The notes under the pieces were generated by a model. That model did not search any database. It saw only the letters and a list, made by a program, of their open reading frames with translations, and was not told the DNA's origin. From Nanopusillaceae archaeon (GTDB taxonomy: Archaea > Nanobdellota > Nanobdellia > Nanobdellales > Nanobdellaceae), in assembly GCA_049974095.1 (NCBI GenBank), contig JBMFJD010000002.1, positions 43,508 through 75,507 of the forward strand: a DNA stretch of 32,000 nt, in the 5' to 3' direction. The first letter of the stretch is position 1. Each line of letters starts with the position of its first letter. A program made the translations under genes and the position numbers. Shown one piece after another: positions 15,072 to 25,143 of the stretch.

Positions 15072-16589
15072 GTGGACAACTCTAACGATAACTTTATTCT
15101 CTTCTATAAATATTTGGAAGAAAATGATCTTTTAGAGACGCATCTAAGGTCATTTGAATATTTTGCTGATGTAGAAATGACAAAGATTGGAAGGGAACTT
15201 GGAAAGTTTTCTCCAAGAATATTACCTTCTGGATTAAGAGATTTGCAATTTAAGATAGAAAGAATATGGTTAAGTAAGGCAGATTTTATGGAAAAAGAAG
15301 GGGTTTCTAGATTAATTTATCCAAATGAAGCAAGATTAAGAAATATAACATACTCTGGTATGGTCTATATGGAATTTTCTGTATTTGAAAATGAAACATT
15401 TAAGAGTAAATACCAAGTTGGAATAGGAAGATTACCTATTATGGTTAGATCAAAATATTGTAATACATATGGATTATCTGAGGAAGAATTAATTAGAATT
15501 GGAGAGGATCCAACAGATAGAGGCGGATATTTTATTATTAATGGAAGTGAAAGGGTAATTATATTATCTGAAGAGCTTGCTACAAATAGATTTTATGTAC
15601 AAAAAGGTAGCAGTCCTGTAATATATAGTGGATATTTGTTATCTGAATCTTTAACATTACAAAAAGCACATAGAATGGAATTAATGAAGGATGGAATCTT
15701 ATATTTAACATTTGAAAAGTATAAAAGGGTTCCATTAATTCCACTATTAAAAGCATTGGGACTAGAAAAGGATGTTGAAATTGCTCAATTAATTAATGAA
15801 GAAGATAATTTTGAAGAAACATTTATTAATTTATTAGAATTCCAAGATATACAAGATGAGGAATCTGCAATTAAATATCTTTCAGATAGATTAAAATTAA
15901 CAGGATCTCCAGAAGTAAAAAGGGAGAAATTATTAGGAATATTAGATACATCATTATTGCCATATATTGGAACCTCTCCAGAAGATAGATTATGGAAAAC
16001 ATATAGTTTGGCAAAAATGGCAAGGAAAATATTATTATTAGCACATGGAAAAATTGATGAAGATGTAAAAGATCATTTTTCAAATAAAGTTGTTAGAACT
16101 CCTGGAGAATTATTGAGAGAATGGTTCTTAATTACTTTAAGAACATTAATGAATGATGCAATGTATCAATATGAAAGATTAGTTAGAAGAGGAAAGGTTC
16201 CAACATATAACTCAATATTTAGATCAAAGATATTTACTGAAAGATTTGAATCTGCAATGGGAACAGGAAAATGGACTAGAAATAGAACAGGTATTTCACA
16301 GCAATTAGATAGAACAAATAAAATATCTGTATTATCACATTTAACAAGGGTTGTATCTTCTATATCTGAAGAAGCAGAACTATTAGAAGCAAGAATGGTT
16401 CATGGTACTCATTGGGGAAGATTAGATTTAATTGAAACTCCTGAAGGACATGAGACAGGATTAAGAAAAAATCTTACAATATTATCAAAGATAAGTTTTG
16501 AGGAAATAGATAGAAATGAATTATTAGAAAAATTAGAAAATATTGGATTAAGGCCAATAATTAAAAATATATCTTCTAAAAAAGAATAA
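15072..16589 (+). CDS. rpoB2: DNA-directed RNA polymerase subunit B'' (N-terminal half of split Rpo2), GTG start
   Basis: 505 aa with conserved Rpo2 N-terminal blocks (GGYFIINGSERVII, HWGRLDLIETPEG). The GTG start at 15072 is supported by a TTATAAAT box at 15042..15049, 22 nt upstream. Confidence 0.93.
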   Translation: MDNSNDNFILFYKYLEENDLLETHLRSFEYFADVEMTKIGRELGKFSPRILPSGLRDLQFKIERIWLSKADFMEKEGVSRLIYPNEARLRNITYSGMVYMEFSVFENETFKSKYQVGIGRLPIMVRSKYCNTYGLSEEELIRIGEDPTDRGGYFIINGSERVIILSEELATNRFYVQKGSSPVIYSGYLLSESLTLQKAHRMELMKDGILYLTFEKYKRVPLIPLLKALGLEKDVEIAQLINEEDNFEETFINLLEFQDIQDEESAIKYLSDRLKLTGSPEVKREKLLGILDTSLLPYIGTSPEDRLWKTYSLAKMARKILLLAHGKIDEDVKDHFSNKVVRTPGELLREWFLITLRTLMNDAMYQYERLVRRGKVPTYNSIFRSKIFTERFESAMGTGKWTRNRTGISQQLDRTNKISVLSHLTRVVSSISEEAELLEARMVHGTHWGRLDLIETPEGHETGLRKNLTILSKISFEEIDRNELLEKLENIGLRPIIKNISSKKE

Positions 16590-18391
16590 TGGCAACAGAA
16601 GTTTATATTGATAATATCTTTGTAGGATATATAGATGATCCTAAGGAATTTACTGAAAAATTTAAGGAAGAAAGAAGGAAGGGTATAATTCCATATTTTG
16701 TAAATATATACTATGATGAAATAAGAAACGTAATTGAAATAAATACTAGGAAGGGAAGGATATTAAGACCATTGATTGTTGTAAAAAATGGAAAACCATT
16801 ATTAACACAAGAACATATTGAAAAATTAAAGAAAGGAGAACTAAAATGGAGTGATCTAGAAAAGCAAGGAATAATTGAATGGGTAGATCCTGCAGAAGAA
16901 GAAAATTTAAAAATTGCTCTATTTCCTGAAGATATAAGAGAAGATACTACACATTTAGAGTTATCTGCTGTAGCTATATTTGGAATTGCAACATCCTTGG
17001 TTCCATTCTCAAATAAAAATCAATCTGCAAGATTAAATAGAGGTGTTAGACCACAAAGACAGGCTCATGCTACTTATACTTTAAACTTCTTTAACAGGTT
17101 TGATACAGATACTTCTATCCTATATTATCCACAACAGCCAATTGTTAGAACATTTTCTCATAAAATATTTGAAAAAGAAGATTTGATTGGACAAAATGTG
17201 ATTATTGCAGTTATGACACAAGAAGGATATAATATTGAAGATGCCATAATCATGAATAAAGGATCAATTGACAGAGGATTATTTAGATCTGTATATTTTA
17301 GATCTTATGAAACTGAAAGAATGGGATATCCTGGAGGATTAAAAGATGAGATTACAGTTCCAACTCCAGATGTTGAATTATATAGAGGAAGGGATAAATA
17401 TATAAATTTGGAAGAAGATGGTGTTATTGCTGTTGAATCATTTGTTCAATCTGAAGAAGTTCTTGTTGGAAAAGTTTCTCCTCCAAGATTTATTGGATTA
17501 ACATCTGAAAGTATTGCTACAGGATTAAGAAAAAAGGATTCTTCTTTAACAACTGGAGGTGGGGAAGAAGGATGGGTAGATGCAGTTATGTTAACAGAAT
17601 CTTCTGATGGAAATCTATTAATAAAAGTAAGATTAAGAGATTTAAGAATACCAGAATTGGGAGATAAATTTACTGTTAGACATGGACAAAAGGGTGTTTT
17701 GGGAATGATTGTTGAAGAATCTGATATGCCATGGACATCTTCAGGTTTAAAACCAGATATTATATTTTCTCCTGCAAGTATTCCATCTAGAGAGACTGTT
17801 GGTTTATTATTAGAATTACTTGGAGGAAAAGTTGGAAGTTTAAATGGTAGATATGTTGATGGTACTCCTTGGTATGGAGAAAAAGAAGAAGATTTGAGGA
17901 AAGAATTATTATCTTTAGGATTTAGAGAAGATGGAACAGAAACAATGTATAATCCTTTAACTGGAGATGAATTTAAAGCTAAAATATATATTGGAAGTAT
18001 ATATTATCTAAGGTTAAGACATATGGCAAAGAATAAATTACAAGCAAGAGCTACAGGTCCAGTTACATTATTAACAAGACAGCCAACTGAGGGTAAATCA
18101 AAGAAAGGCGGCTTAAGATTTAGTGAAATGGAACATGAAGTTCTTGCTGCTCATGGTGCTTCATATTTATTAAGAGAAATGTATTCATCTGATGATACTG
18201 TTATATTTGTATGTGAAAATTGTGGTTCTCTAGCTGTTGAGGATAATATAAGAAATAGAGTTTATTGTCCCGTTTGTGGTGAAACAGAAAAAATATCTAA
18301 AGTTAAAGTTTCATATGGATTTACATTATTATTAAAAGAATTAATTTCTTTGGGTATTTGGCCAAGATTAAAATTGAAGTATAAGTTTTAA
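16589..18391 (+). CDS. rpoB1: DNA-directed RNA polymerase subunit B' (C-terminal half of split Rpo2)
   Basis: 600 aa with the motifs GYNIEDAIIMNK, GDKFTVRHGQKGV, RFSEMEHEVLAAHGA and a C-terminal Zn ribbon CENCGS…CPVCG. Start overlaps the B'' stop. Confidence 0.95.
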   Translation: MATEVYIDNIFVGYIDDPKEFTEKFKEERRKGIIPYFVNIYYDEIRNVIEINTRKGRILRPLIVVKNGKPLLTQEHIEKLKKGELKWSDLEKQGIIEWVDPAEEENLKIALFPEDIREDTTHLELSAVAIFGIATSLVPFSNKNQSARLNRGVRPQRQAHATYTLNFFNRFDTDTSILYYPQQPIVRTFSHKIFEKEDLIGQNVIIAVMTQEGYNIEDAIIMNKGSIDRGLFRSVYFRSYETERMGYPGGLKDEITVPTPDVELYRGRDKYINLEEDGVIAVESFVQSEEVLVGKVSPPRFIGLTSESIATGLRKKDSSLTTGGGEEGWVDAVMLTESSDGNLLIKVRLRDLRIPELGDKFTVRHGQKGVLGMIVEESDMPWTSSGLKPDIIFSPASIPSRETVGLLLELLGGKVGSLNGRYVDGTPWYGEKEEDLRKELLSLGFREDGTETMYNPLTGDEFKAKIYIGSIYYLRLRHMAKNKLQARATGPVTLLTRQPTEGKSKKGGLRFSEMEHEVLAAHGASYLLREMYSSDDTVIFVCENCGSLAVEDNIRNRVYCPVCGETEKISKVKVSYGFTLLLKELISLGIWPRLKLKYKF

Positions 18392-21060
18392 TGATGACTG
18401 AAATATTTTCCAAAAGAATCTCTGAAATTCAATATTCTTTGTTAAGTCCAGATATAATAAGAAAAATATCTGTAGCAAAAATTATTGTCCCAGAATTATA
18501 TGATGAAGATGGAACTCCTATAAGGGGTGGATTGATGGATTTAAGATTAGGAGTAATAGATCCTGGATATGTATGTGAAACATGTGGAAAAACAGTTGGA
18601 AAATGTCCAGGTCATTTTGGACATATTGAATTAGCTAGACCTGTAATTCATCCAGAATTTTTACCGATAGTAAAGGAATTAGTAAATGTCGTATGTCATA
18701 AGTGTGGTAGAGTAAAATTAACAAAGGAAGAAATTGATTTTGCAATACAAAAAATTGAGAAATATAGGAATCAAAAAAGATGGAATAGATTATATAAGTT
18801 TATTACAAAATTTGTATATTCTAGAGCAAAGAAAAGGACAAAATGTCCACATTGTGGATATGAAAATCCAAGAGTGGAATTTAGAAGACCATATTACTTT
18901 TATATAAAAGATCAAAATGGAGAAAGAAAAATGTATCCTGTTGAAATTAGATCTATATTTGAAAGAATACCAGATGTAGATTTATATTTAATAGGATTTC
19001 ATCCATCATATGCAAGACCAGAATGGATGATATTAACAGTTTTACCGGTTCCTCCTGTAACAATTAGACCTTCTATTGTATTAGAAACTGGAGAAAGGGC
19101 AGAAGATGATTTAACGCATAAACTTGTTGCAATTGTTAGATCAAATCAAAGATTAAAAGAAGCAATTACAACAGGAGCACCTCAAGTAATTGTTGATGAT
19201 TTATATGATTTATTACAATATCATGTAGTTACATATTTTAATAACACATTGCCAAGTGTTCCTAGAGCAGAACATAGATCTGGAAAACCATTAAAATCAC
19301 TGGTAGAGAGAATTTCCGGAAAAGAAGGTGTTATAAGACATGATTTATTGGGAAAAAGATTAAATTATAGTTCAAGAGCAGTTATATCTCCAGATACTAA
19401 GGTTGCTGTAAACGAGATTGGTGTTCCATTATATGTTGCAAAAACATTAACTGTTCCTGAAAGAGTTACTGAATGGAATATTGAAAAAATGAAGGAATAT
19501 GTATTAAATGGTCCAGATAAATACCCAGGAGCAAATTATGTTGTATCTCCAGATGGAAGAAAAAGAATGATTACTGAAGAAAATAAAGAAACATTAGCAT
19601 CTATGTTAGAACCTGGATGGATTGTAGAAAGGCATTTAAAGGATGGAGATATTGTATTATTCTTAAGATATCCATCTTTACATAGATTATCAATGATGGG
19701 ACATTATGTTAGGGTATTACCCGGAAATACATTTAGAATAAATCCTATTGCATGTAGGCCATATAATGCAGATTTTGATGGTGATGAAATGAATATATTT
19801 GTCCCAAGAAGTGAAGAGGCAAGGGCAGAAGCTCAAATGTTAGTAGAAATATCAAATAATTATATTACTCCAAGATACGGAGATTTTATTGTCGGAATGT
19901 TACAAGAAATGATTACAGGATTATATTTGATAACACAAGATAATGTAAATATACCATTTGGTTTAGCATCTCAATTAGTTTATATGTCTAATGCAGATGA
20001 GAAAGATTTGGATAAATTATCAAGATTAATTGAAAAGGCAAGAGAAGAAGGTAGAGATTATTTAACTGGAAAAGAAATAGCTTCAGTATTTTTACCAGAT
20101 GATTTCAATTTAAAAACAGATAAAATAGAGATAAGAAATGGAATAATCATAAATGGATATTTAGATTCAAGTTTAATTAAAGCAGAAAAAGGTAAATTAT
20201 TTGTTATATTATATAATATTTATGGAAAGGATTATGTAACAAAATTATTACAAAAATATGGTTTATTAGGAATTTATTATCAATATATTAATGGATTAAC
20301 AATGTCAATATCAGATTTTGATTTATCTGATGAAGCAAAGGAACAAATAAATAAAATAATTAGAGAAACAGAAAAGAAAGTAGATGAATTATATGAAAAA
20401 TATAAGAATGAAACATTAGAAAAAATACCTGGAAGATCTTTACAAGAAACATACGAATTAAAATCTATACAAACAATATCTGAAAGTGTTACTCAAATAC
20501 AGGATGTATTAAGAAAATACATGAAAAAAGATACTGGTACATATTTAATGTCTATAACAGGTGCAAGAGGTGATTGGCAAAATGCTGTTAGAATGGTTGG
20601 ATCCTTAGGATTTCAAGCATTTAGAGGAAGATTTATTAACTTTGGGTATAGGGGAAGGAATTTATCAATATTTGAAAGAGATATATATCATTCAAAATAT
20701 TATGGATGGGTTGTTAGTTCATATAAAGATGGATTGAAACCTTGGGAAATGTTTTTCCATGCATTACCTGGAAGAGATTCATTAATGGATACTGCTATTA
20801 GAACTGCTCAATCGGGATATTTCTATAGAAGATTGGTATTGAGTTTATATGATTTGCATGTACATGAAGATCTAACATTAAGGGATGCATATGGAAGAAT
20901 TGTTCAATTCCTATATGGAGAAGATGGAATTGCTGTACATAAATCAATGAGCGGAAAATTAAACTTGGATGTACTGGCTCAAATTTTAAAATCTTCTGAA
21001 GATAATAAAGAAAATGGAGTTACCAAAGAAAATAAAAGAAGAAATAGAAAAAAGAAATGA
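18391..21060 (+). CDS. rpoA1: DNA-directed RNA polymerase subunit A' (Rpo1N)
   Basis: 889 aa with Zn-binding CETCGKTVGKCPGHFGH and the catalytic motif YNADFDGDEMNIF. Lys-rich C-terminal tail. Confidence 0.96.
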   Translation: MMTEIFSKRISEIQYSLLSPDIIRKISVAKIIVPELYDEDGTPIRGGLMDLRLGVIDPGYVCETCGKTVGKCPGHFGHIELARPVIHPEFLPIVKELVNVVCHKCGRVKLTKEEIDFAIQKIEKYRNQKRWNRLYKFITKFVYSRAKKRTKCPHCGYENPRVEFRRPYYFYIKDQNGERKMYPVEIRSIFERIPDVDLYLIGFHPSYARPEWMILTVLPVPPVTIRPSIVLETGERAEDDLTHKLVAIVRSNQRLKEAITTGAPQVIVDDLYDLLQYHVVTYFNNTLPSVPRAEHRSGKPLKSLVERISGKEGVIRHDLLGKRLNYSSRAVISPDTKVAVNEIGVPLYVAKTLTVPERVTEWNIEKMKEYVLNGPDKYPGANYVVSPDGRKRMITEENKETLASMLEPGWIVERHLKDGDIVLFLRYPSLHRLSMMGHYVRVLPGNTFRINPIACRPYNADFDGDEMNIFVPRSEEARAEAQMLVEISNNYITPRYGDFIVGMLQEMITGLYLITQDNVNIPFGLASQLVYMSNADEKDLDKLSRLIEKAREEGRDYLTGKEIASVFLPDDFNLKTDKIEIRNGIIINGYLDSSLIKAEKGKLFVILYNIYGKDYVTKLLQKYGLLGIYYQYINGLTMSISDFDLSDEAKEQINKIIRETEKKVDELYEKYKNETLEKIPGRSLQETYELKSIQTISESVTQIQDVLRKYMKKDTGTYLMSITGARGDWQNAVRMVGSLGFQAFRGRFINFGYRGRNLSIFERDIYHSKYYGWVVSSYKDGLKPWEMFFHALPGRDSLMDTAIRTAQSGYFYRRLVLSLYDLHVHEDLTLRDAYGRIVQFLYGEDGIAVHKSMSGKLNLDVLAQILKSSEDNKENGVTKENKRRNRKKK

Positions 21061-22111
21061 TGAAGAATTAAAGAAATTAGCAGAAAAATTCTATGAGAAG
21101 ATGTTAATAGATCCTGGAGAACCAGCGGGTATAGTTGCTGCTCAATCTGTTGCTGAGCCTACAACGCAAATGATATTAAGATCTTTCCACTTTGTTGGTA
21201 TAGCTTCTTCTCAGGTTTCTTTGGGTTTACCAAGAATAATAGAAATTACGGATGCTAGAAAAAAGATAAAACAAAAGTATATGATAATAAGATTATTAGA
21301 TGAATATAAAGATAATTTAGAGGTTGCTCAGAGAGTTGCAAAAGAAATAAAAGAAGTAGTATTGGAAGATTTAATATCAGAAGTTTATTTAGATATATTT
21401 GAAAATAAAATTACAATAGTAATTGATGAAAATAAGCTAAAAACAGAAGAAATAACATTAAATGAATTATTAAGAATATTAAAGAAAAAAGTAAAAAAGT
21501 ATAAAATAGAAAATAATGAAAATGAAATATATATTATTGCAGAAAAAGCAAAACCAAGAGAATTATATTTATTAAAAGAAAATTTGAAAAAAATATTAAT
21601 TAAAGGAATAAAAGGAATAAAAGATGTTACTATACAAAAAGAAGGAGAAGAATATGTTATATATACTACGGGTTCAAATTTATTAGAGATTATGAGAATT
21701 CCAGAAGTAGATTATACAAAAGTTTATACAAATGATATAAGAGAAATTGAAAAAGTATTAGGAATAGAGGCAGCAGGAAATGCTATATTACAAGAATTAG
21801 CAAAATTGTATGAACAACAAGGATTAAATATTGATATAAGGCATTTTATATTAGTTGCAGATGTATTAACATGGCATGGAACATATTTAGGTATAAATAG
21901 ATATGGATTACATGCAGAGAAGGAATCTACATTATCAAAGGCAGCATTTGAAACACCAGTTCCAATATTTATGAGGGCATCTATGATAGGAGAAACTGAT
22001 GAAGTATTATCTGGTATAGATAATGTAACAATTAATCAACCAATATTCCTTGGAACAGGATTATATAATGTATATTATGTAGGAGGGAAGAAAGAAGAAA
22101 ATAAAGAATAA
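21014..22111 (+). CDS. rpoA2: DNA-directed RNA polymerase subunit A'' (Rpo1C)
   Basis: 365 aa with the motifs PGEPAGIVAAQSVAEPTTQM and trigger-loop-region blocks. The ATG at 21014 overlaps the A' tail by 47 nt, so the start is somewhat uncertain. Confidence 0.9.
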   Translation: MELPKKIKEEIEKRNDEELKKLAEKFYEKMLIDPGEPAGIVAAQSVAEPTTQMILRSFHFVGIASSQVSLGLPRIIEITDARKKIKQKYMIIRLLDEYKDNLEVAQRVAKEIKEVVLEDLISEVYLDIFENKITIVIDENKLKTEEITLNELLRILKKKVKKYKIENNENEIYIIAEKAKPRELYLLKENLKKILIKGIKGIKDVTIQKEGEEYVIYTTGSNLLEIMRIPEVDYTKVYTNDIREIEKVLGIEAAGNAILQELAKLYEQQGLNIDIRHFILVADVLTWHGTYLGINRYGLHAEKESTLSKAAFETPVPIFMRASMIGETDEVLSGIDNVTINQPIFLGTGLYNVYYVGGKKEENKE

Positions 22112-22137
22112 AAGTATTTTTTATATTTTTAATATAC

Positions 22138-22413
22138 ATGGTAACATTTGATGATTTAAAAAGGATGATGGGTGAAGAAAAGGCAAGAATAATAGTTGGT
22201 GCTAAAAGAACAATAAAAATGATAAAGAATGGAAAAGTAGAAAAAGTATTTTTAGCAAAAAATATACCTGAAGATATTAAAAATGATATATTATATTATT
22301 CAAAAATAGGTAATTTTGAGGTAGAAATACTGAATTATACAAATGAAGAAATAGGGTTGTTATTAAAAAAGCCATTTAAAATTTCCGTTGTATCTATATT
22401 AAAGAATGGCTAA
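22138..22413 (+). CDS. rpl30e: Ribosomal protein eL30 (L30e)
   Basis: 91 aa. [41 protein letters not shown] fits the L30e/L7Ae fold. It occupies the canonical position after rpoA''. Confidence 0.85.
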   Translation: MVTFDDLKRMMGEEKARIIVGAKRTIKMIKNGKVEKVFLAKNIPEDIKNDILYYSKIGNFEVEILNYTNEEIGLLLKKPFKISVVSILKNG

Positions 22414-22834
22414 TGGTTTATTTGCTGCAAGGAAATTAGTAGGAAGAAGGAAGAAGTTTAGATGGAGTAAGAGAGAGTGGAAAAGAAGAATATTAAAATT
22501 AAAGGAAAAATATGATCCATTGGAGGGTTCTCCAATGGCATCTGGAATTGTATTAGAAAAAGTAGAAATTGAAAAAAGACAGCCATATTCAGGAATGATA
22601 AAATGTGTAAAAGTACAATTAAAGAAAAATGGAAAAATTGTTACTGCATTTGCTCCTGGAGATAAGGCAATAAAATATATTGATGAGCACGATGAAGTAT
22701 TAATAGTTGGTATTGGTGGACCTAAAGGAAGAACAATAGGATCAATTCCAGGAGTAAGATATAAAGTAATATTAGTTAATGGACAACCTTTGGAATTGTT
22801 AAGGAAAGGAAAGATAGAAAAAGCTAGGAGATAG
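22406..22834 (+). CDS. rps12: Ribosomal protein uS12
   Basis: 142 aa. [51 protein letters not shown]…IPGVRYKV is an archaeal S12/S23e sequence. Overlaps rpl30e by 8 nt. Confidence 0.95.
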   Translation: MANGLFAARKLVGRRKKFRWSKREWKRRILKLKEKYDPLEGSPMASGIVLEKVEIEKRQPYSGMIKCVKVQLKKNGKIVTAFAPGDKAIKYIDEHDEVLIVGIGGPKGRTIGSIPGVRYKVILVNGQPLELLRKGKIEKARR

Positions 22835-22892
22835 TAATTACTTTTTAGTAAGTATAATAATTCTTTATATATATTTTTTATAACTATATTAA

Positions 22893-23702
22893 ATGGCATT
22901 AGATTTTATTGTAGGATTAGCATACTATATTGGTTTTTTGGTAATATCAATATTAGTTGGAGCATTAGTAGGATGGATAGTATATAAGATAGTACAATAT
23001 GTATTAAAAAGATATTTAGATAAAGCATATGAAAAACTAAAAGAAACATTTACAAAAGTGCCATCAATAGATGTAGGGGCATTGGTATCATATACAATTG
23101 GAGCATTAGTAGGAATATATGTATTTGAGGGAGTTATGGGAATGTTACCATCAATAATATCATCAACACAGTTTTCATATATTAATTATTTATATTATTT
23201 AACATTAACTATTGCATCATATATATTATCAATAGCAGCTATTGTTTTAATAATTGCAGCAGGTGTAATATTCTCAATATTCTTTACATCATATCTATAT
23301 ATATTAGTAGAGGGATATAATGAAGATATTGCAAATCTATTGAAAGTATTATTATTCTTAGCATTAGTCTGGTTAATTACAATATATTCATTAAATATAT
23401 TAAACTTAGGACAAACATTATTCGAAAATATAATGGGGGTATTTGTAATATTATCAGTTGGATTAATTGTAATGAGATATATAACAGAAAATGTACATGA
23501 TAATGAATATTATAAGAGTGTAAAACCATTTGTACAAATATTTATAATGTCAATATTCATAATTAGTTCATTATCAATATTATTGCTAGGTTATTCAACA
23601 GTATCAGCAGAATTGCAAAACATATTTGCATGGGGCTTTGTAATATTATTTGTATTAGCTTTGTTACCATTTGTTGTAAAAGCTATAAAAGAATCCCTAT
23701 AG
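22893..23702 (+). CDS. Multi-pass membrane protein of unknown function, inserted between rps12 and rps7
   Basis: 269 aa with about 7 hydrophobic spans. It has its own TATA-like box, TTTATATA at 22864..22871, 21 nt upstream of the ATG. I recognise no family. Confidence 0.6.
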   Translation: MALDFIVGLAYYIGFLVISILVGALVGWIVYKIVQYVLKRYLDKAYEKLKETFTKVPSIDVGALVSYTIGALVGIYVFEGVMGMLPSIISSTQFSYINYLYYLTLTIASYILSIAAIVLIIAAGVIFSIFFTSYLYILVEGYNEDIANLLKVLLFLALVWLITIYSLNILNLGQTLFENIMGVFVILSVGLIVMRYITENVHDNEYYKSVKPFVQIFIMSIFIISSLSILLLGYSTVSAELQNIFAWGFVILFVLALLPFVVKAIKESL

Positions 23703-23734
23703 ATTTTTAAATTATTTTTTAATATTTTATTTTT

Positions 23735-24340
23735 ATGGTTACAGATCTTAATGATTTAAAATTTCTTGGAAGATGGAAATATGAGATAGATGTAGAAGAT
23801 GAGACATTAAAAGCATTTATGAATATAAAACCATATATAATTCCAAGAACAAATGGAAGATATCAAAATAAGAGATTTGGAAAAAGAAATATTCCAATTA
23901 TTGAAAGATTTATTGGAAGAATGATGACTCCAGGTCATTTTGGACATAAACATAAATTTACATCATATTATGCTTCTGGAGAATATTATAAAAATTTGAG
24001 GATATTGATTAAAGCATTTGAAATAATTGAAAAAGAAACAAAGCAAAATCCAATCAAAGTATTAACAAAGGCAATTGAAAATGCAGCTCCAAGAGAAGAA
24101 ATAACAAATATAGAAATGGGTGGTGCAAGATATCCTAAGGCAGTAGATATTGCTCCTTTAAGAAGAATAGATCTTGCAATTAGGCATTTGGTATGGGGAT
24201 CATATCATAATTCTAGGAATAAAAAAGATATGGCAAGCACATTAGCAAAAGAAATAATTGCTGCATATAGAAATTCTACAGATTCTTTTGCTATACAAAA
24301 GAAATTAGAATTGGAAAGATTGGCTTCATCTTCAAGATAG
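23735..24340 (+). CDS. rps7: Ribosomal protein uS7
   Basis: 201 aa. IIERFIGRMMTPGH…KAIENAAPREEITNIEMGGARYPKAVDIAPLRRIDLAIRHL is an archaeal S7/S5e sequence. Confidence 0.95.
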   Translation: MVTDLNDLKFLGRWKYEIDVEDETLKAFMNIKPYIIPRTNGRYQNKRFGKRNIPIIERFIGRMMTPGHFGHKHKFTSYYASGEYYKNLRILIKAFEIIEKETKQNPIKVLTKAIENAAPREEITNIEMGGARYPKAVDIAPLRRIDLAIRHLVWGSYHNSRNKKDMASTLAKEIIAAYRNSTDSFAIQKKLELERLASSSR

Positions 24341-24373
24341 ATTTTTATAATTAAAAATAATTTTATTAAATAT

Positions 24374-24862
24374 ATGAGCGGTCGGAGTCACCTTCCAAGA
24401 AAAGTATTTTTTACAAAAGGAGTAGGAATAGCAGACGATCCTTTATTAAGTTTTGAGTTTGCGTTAAGAGATGCAAAAATTGAGAAATTTAATTTAGTTC
24501 CAGTATCTAGTATTGCTCCACCAAATATAAAGATTGTTGATATAAATGAGGGATTAAAGGAATTAAAAGCAGGAGAAGTAGTTTTTACTGTATTAGGAAG
24601 ATTTACATCAAATGAAGAAGGAAAACTAATATATTCATCTGTTGGGGTTGCAATACCAAAAGATAAAAAATTAAATGGATATTTTACAGAATATCATGGA
24701 TATTATAGCGGAAAGGAAGAAGGATATGCAAAAGATAAAGCATTGTTTATGCTAGAATCATTATATAATAATATTGAAATAGATAAAAACTTTGAAATAT
24801 TTAATAAAGCAGAAGTAGAAAAATATACAACAGTTGTTTCTGCAGTAGTTTTTATTTTTTAA
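24374..24862 (+). CDS. pdaD: Pyruvoyl-dependent arginine decarboxylase proenzyme
   Basis: 162 aa. PRKVFFTKGVGIADDPLLSFEFALRDAKIEKFNLVPVSSIAPP matches PdaD. It includes the Ser-Ser self-cleavage site (S45-S46, nt 24506..24511) that generates the pyruvoyl group. Confidence 0.9.
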   Translation: MSGRSHLPRKVFFTKGVGIADDPLLSFEFALRDAKIEKFNLVPVSSIAPPNIKIVDINEGLKELKAGEVVFTVLGRFTSNEEGKLIYSSVGVAIPKDKKLNGYFTEYHGYYSGKEEGYAKDKALFMLESLYNNIEIDKNFEIFNKAEVEKYTTVVSAVVFIF

Positions 24863-25143
24863 TTAAATTTTATAAAAGCAAGTAATTATATCTATCATAT
24901 GTTGCCAGTTTATGATATAGATAGAATAGTATTTGCATCTATTTCAATTGGAATGTCTTTGCCTTAGGTACATTGGAATTATATAGTATATTGAAAAAAG
25001 ATGAAAAATAAAAGATATTGTAAAAAAGATATTCTACTTTATATTATATTTAGTATAACAACTATTATCTGCAGAATTTCTAATATCTATAAATAATTAT
25101 TATATCAGTACTTAGTATATATTACTCTGAGATAAAAACTATA

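Noticed and set aside
22112-22137. A promoter for rpl30e in the 26-nt spacer after rpoA''.
   Set aside because: The only TATA-like octamer (22119..22126) is 11 nt from the ATG, far from the 20-23 nt rule seen elsewhere. rpl30e is more likely co-transcribed with rpoA''.
22399-22899. 166-aa ORF on the minus strand, the longest unexplained ORF in the track.
   Set aside because: It lies entirely antisense to the unmistakable rps12 gene. Its translation is low-complexity and has no recognisable motif. It is a shadow ORF.
24863-25143. Possible XerA dif site, att site or small RNA in the 281-nt spacer. Elements seen: the imperfect inverted repeat atatctatcatat/atgatatagatag, ATTGGAAT occurring twice, AAAAGATATT occurring twice, and mini-ORFs of 22 and 31 codons.
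   Set aside because: All these elements are short, imperfect and low-complexity in a roughly 80% A+T stretch. I could not match the archaeal dif consensus from memory with any confidence. There are no C/D or H/ACA boxes and no GC-rich island like the one marking the real RNA genes.
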